Positions 63,010-64,000 of a stretch of DNA of 64,000 nt are shown here, piece after piece; position 1 is the stretch's first letter; each line of letters begins with the position of its first letter. Made by a program: the position numbers and the translations under genes. The notes under the pieces were generated by a model, which saw only the letters and a list, made by a program, of their open reading frames with translations, was not told the DNA's origin and did not search any database. Source of the DNA: Podarcis melisellensis (Eukaryota); NCBI GenBank assembly GCA_964234715.1, contig OZ174279.1; one strand, written 5' to 3'.

Positions 63010-64000
63010 TGGAAGTAACAAACTTTGTCAGTATGAGAAGTAAGAAGTCAGAAATCAAAAGTACTATAGCCCTTTCAAGTAATAACTTGAAGGAAAATCA
63101 GGAAAATCAGGAAAAGTATTTTGTAATTTGTAGATATACTAATGTTCAATAAATGACTCCGCTGAAATATAACTTTTAAAAAGACAAATATAGATGTACA
63201 TCCTACAACAGCATGAGGCCACTCTCCCTTACATCAAGCCCTTAAAAGTTCATGATCTACTATTACCTCAGGAAAATTTTACCTGAATTCATCAAATGCC
63301 TCCCTGCATACTGACTATTTATTTTATTTTAATCTAAATGCTTCTGAGAACTGAGGTGACTTTAAAATGTCTGAATTCATAGTAGCAAAACATGGGTTTT
63401 GGTGGCCAAAGGAATTTCAGCAACACTGAAATTCAAGCATGATGCAATTTATAATTCTTTATACCGTAAATCCCAACAAGTACATTGTGAAGTAATTAGC
63501 ACAGAAAGCTACAGCATGTACTCCATAAAGCAAGAATTTGAGACAGGGCCTCCACACATCTAAAGCTAACACATCATCCACTGTACCAAACTTTTACAAA
63601 TCAAACTGAACCTGAAACATGCAAATATTCAAACGCAAGGCCCTACATGAAACATTTAACCCATAGCAGTGTCCACCCCTGTTGGAAGTCAGCCCTTTAG
63701 AAAAGGGCTCTTTTCTCTTTGGAGTGGCCATCAGAAACTAGTTAGTTAGTTAACAGATGTAAATATCAGCTAACATGGAGTAAGAAAATGGTATACAATC
63801 CAATATAAAAACACCACAAACTACTGAACAATAGTATTTGCCATGATCAGCAATCTGTCACACTTCAGGGAATGTCCAAGTGAACAAAAAAAAGTTTTGA
63901 GCACGTGTTTAAAAGTTGGCATTGTAAATGCTTGCCTTTATAAAATAAGTTTTTGCCAGGGGGCAGGGAGTAAATGCTTGTCTGATACTAATCAGGAGAA

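Overview
Vertebrate nuclear genomic DNA, almost certainly a squamate and probably a lacertid lizard (inferred from a Sauria-type SINE, squamate CR1/L2 tails and lacertid-type TA-flanked MITEs). It holds the conserved TWNK-MRPL43-SEMA4G block. TWNK (Twinkle mtDNA helicase) is on the - strand: 5 coding exons, 11543->7240, 679 aa. MRPL43 is on the + strand: 3 coding exons, 12474->15179, 155 aa. The two are head-to-head across a CpG-island bidirectional promoter. SEMA4G is on the - strand: 13 coding exons, 45944->21324, about 803 aa; its signal-peptide exon was not found in the window. All introns I placed are GT-AG and keep the frame. The rest is intronic/intergenic DNA rich in MITEs, SINEs, LINE fragments and microsatellites. 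I found no strongly supported new biological system. The best leads are: (i) abundant palindromic MITEs carrying the ACTACAnnTCCCA (ZNF143/THAP11-type) promoter motif, 7 exact copies; (ii) an out-of-frame uATG overlapping the start codon of each gene of the bidirectional mitochondrial pair; (iii) a palindrome/TF-motif cluster downstream of the SEMA4G stop; (iv) a hAT MITE resembling the horizontally transferred OC1 family. Repeat family names and human-protein comparisons are from recall, not database searches.
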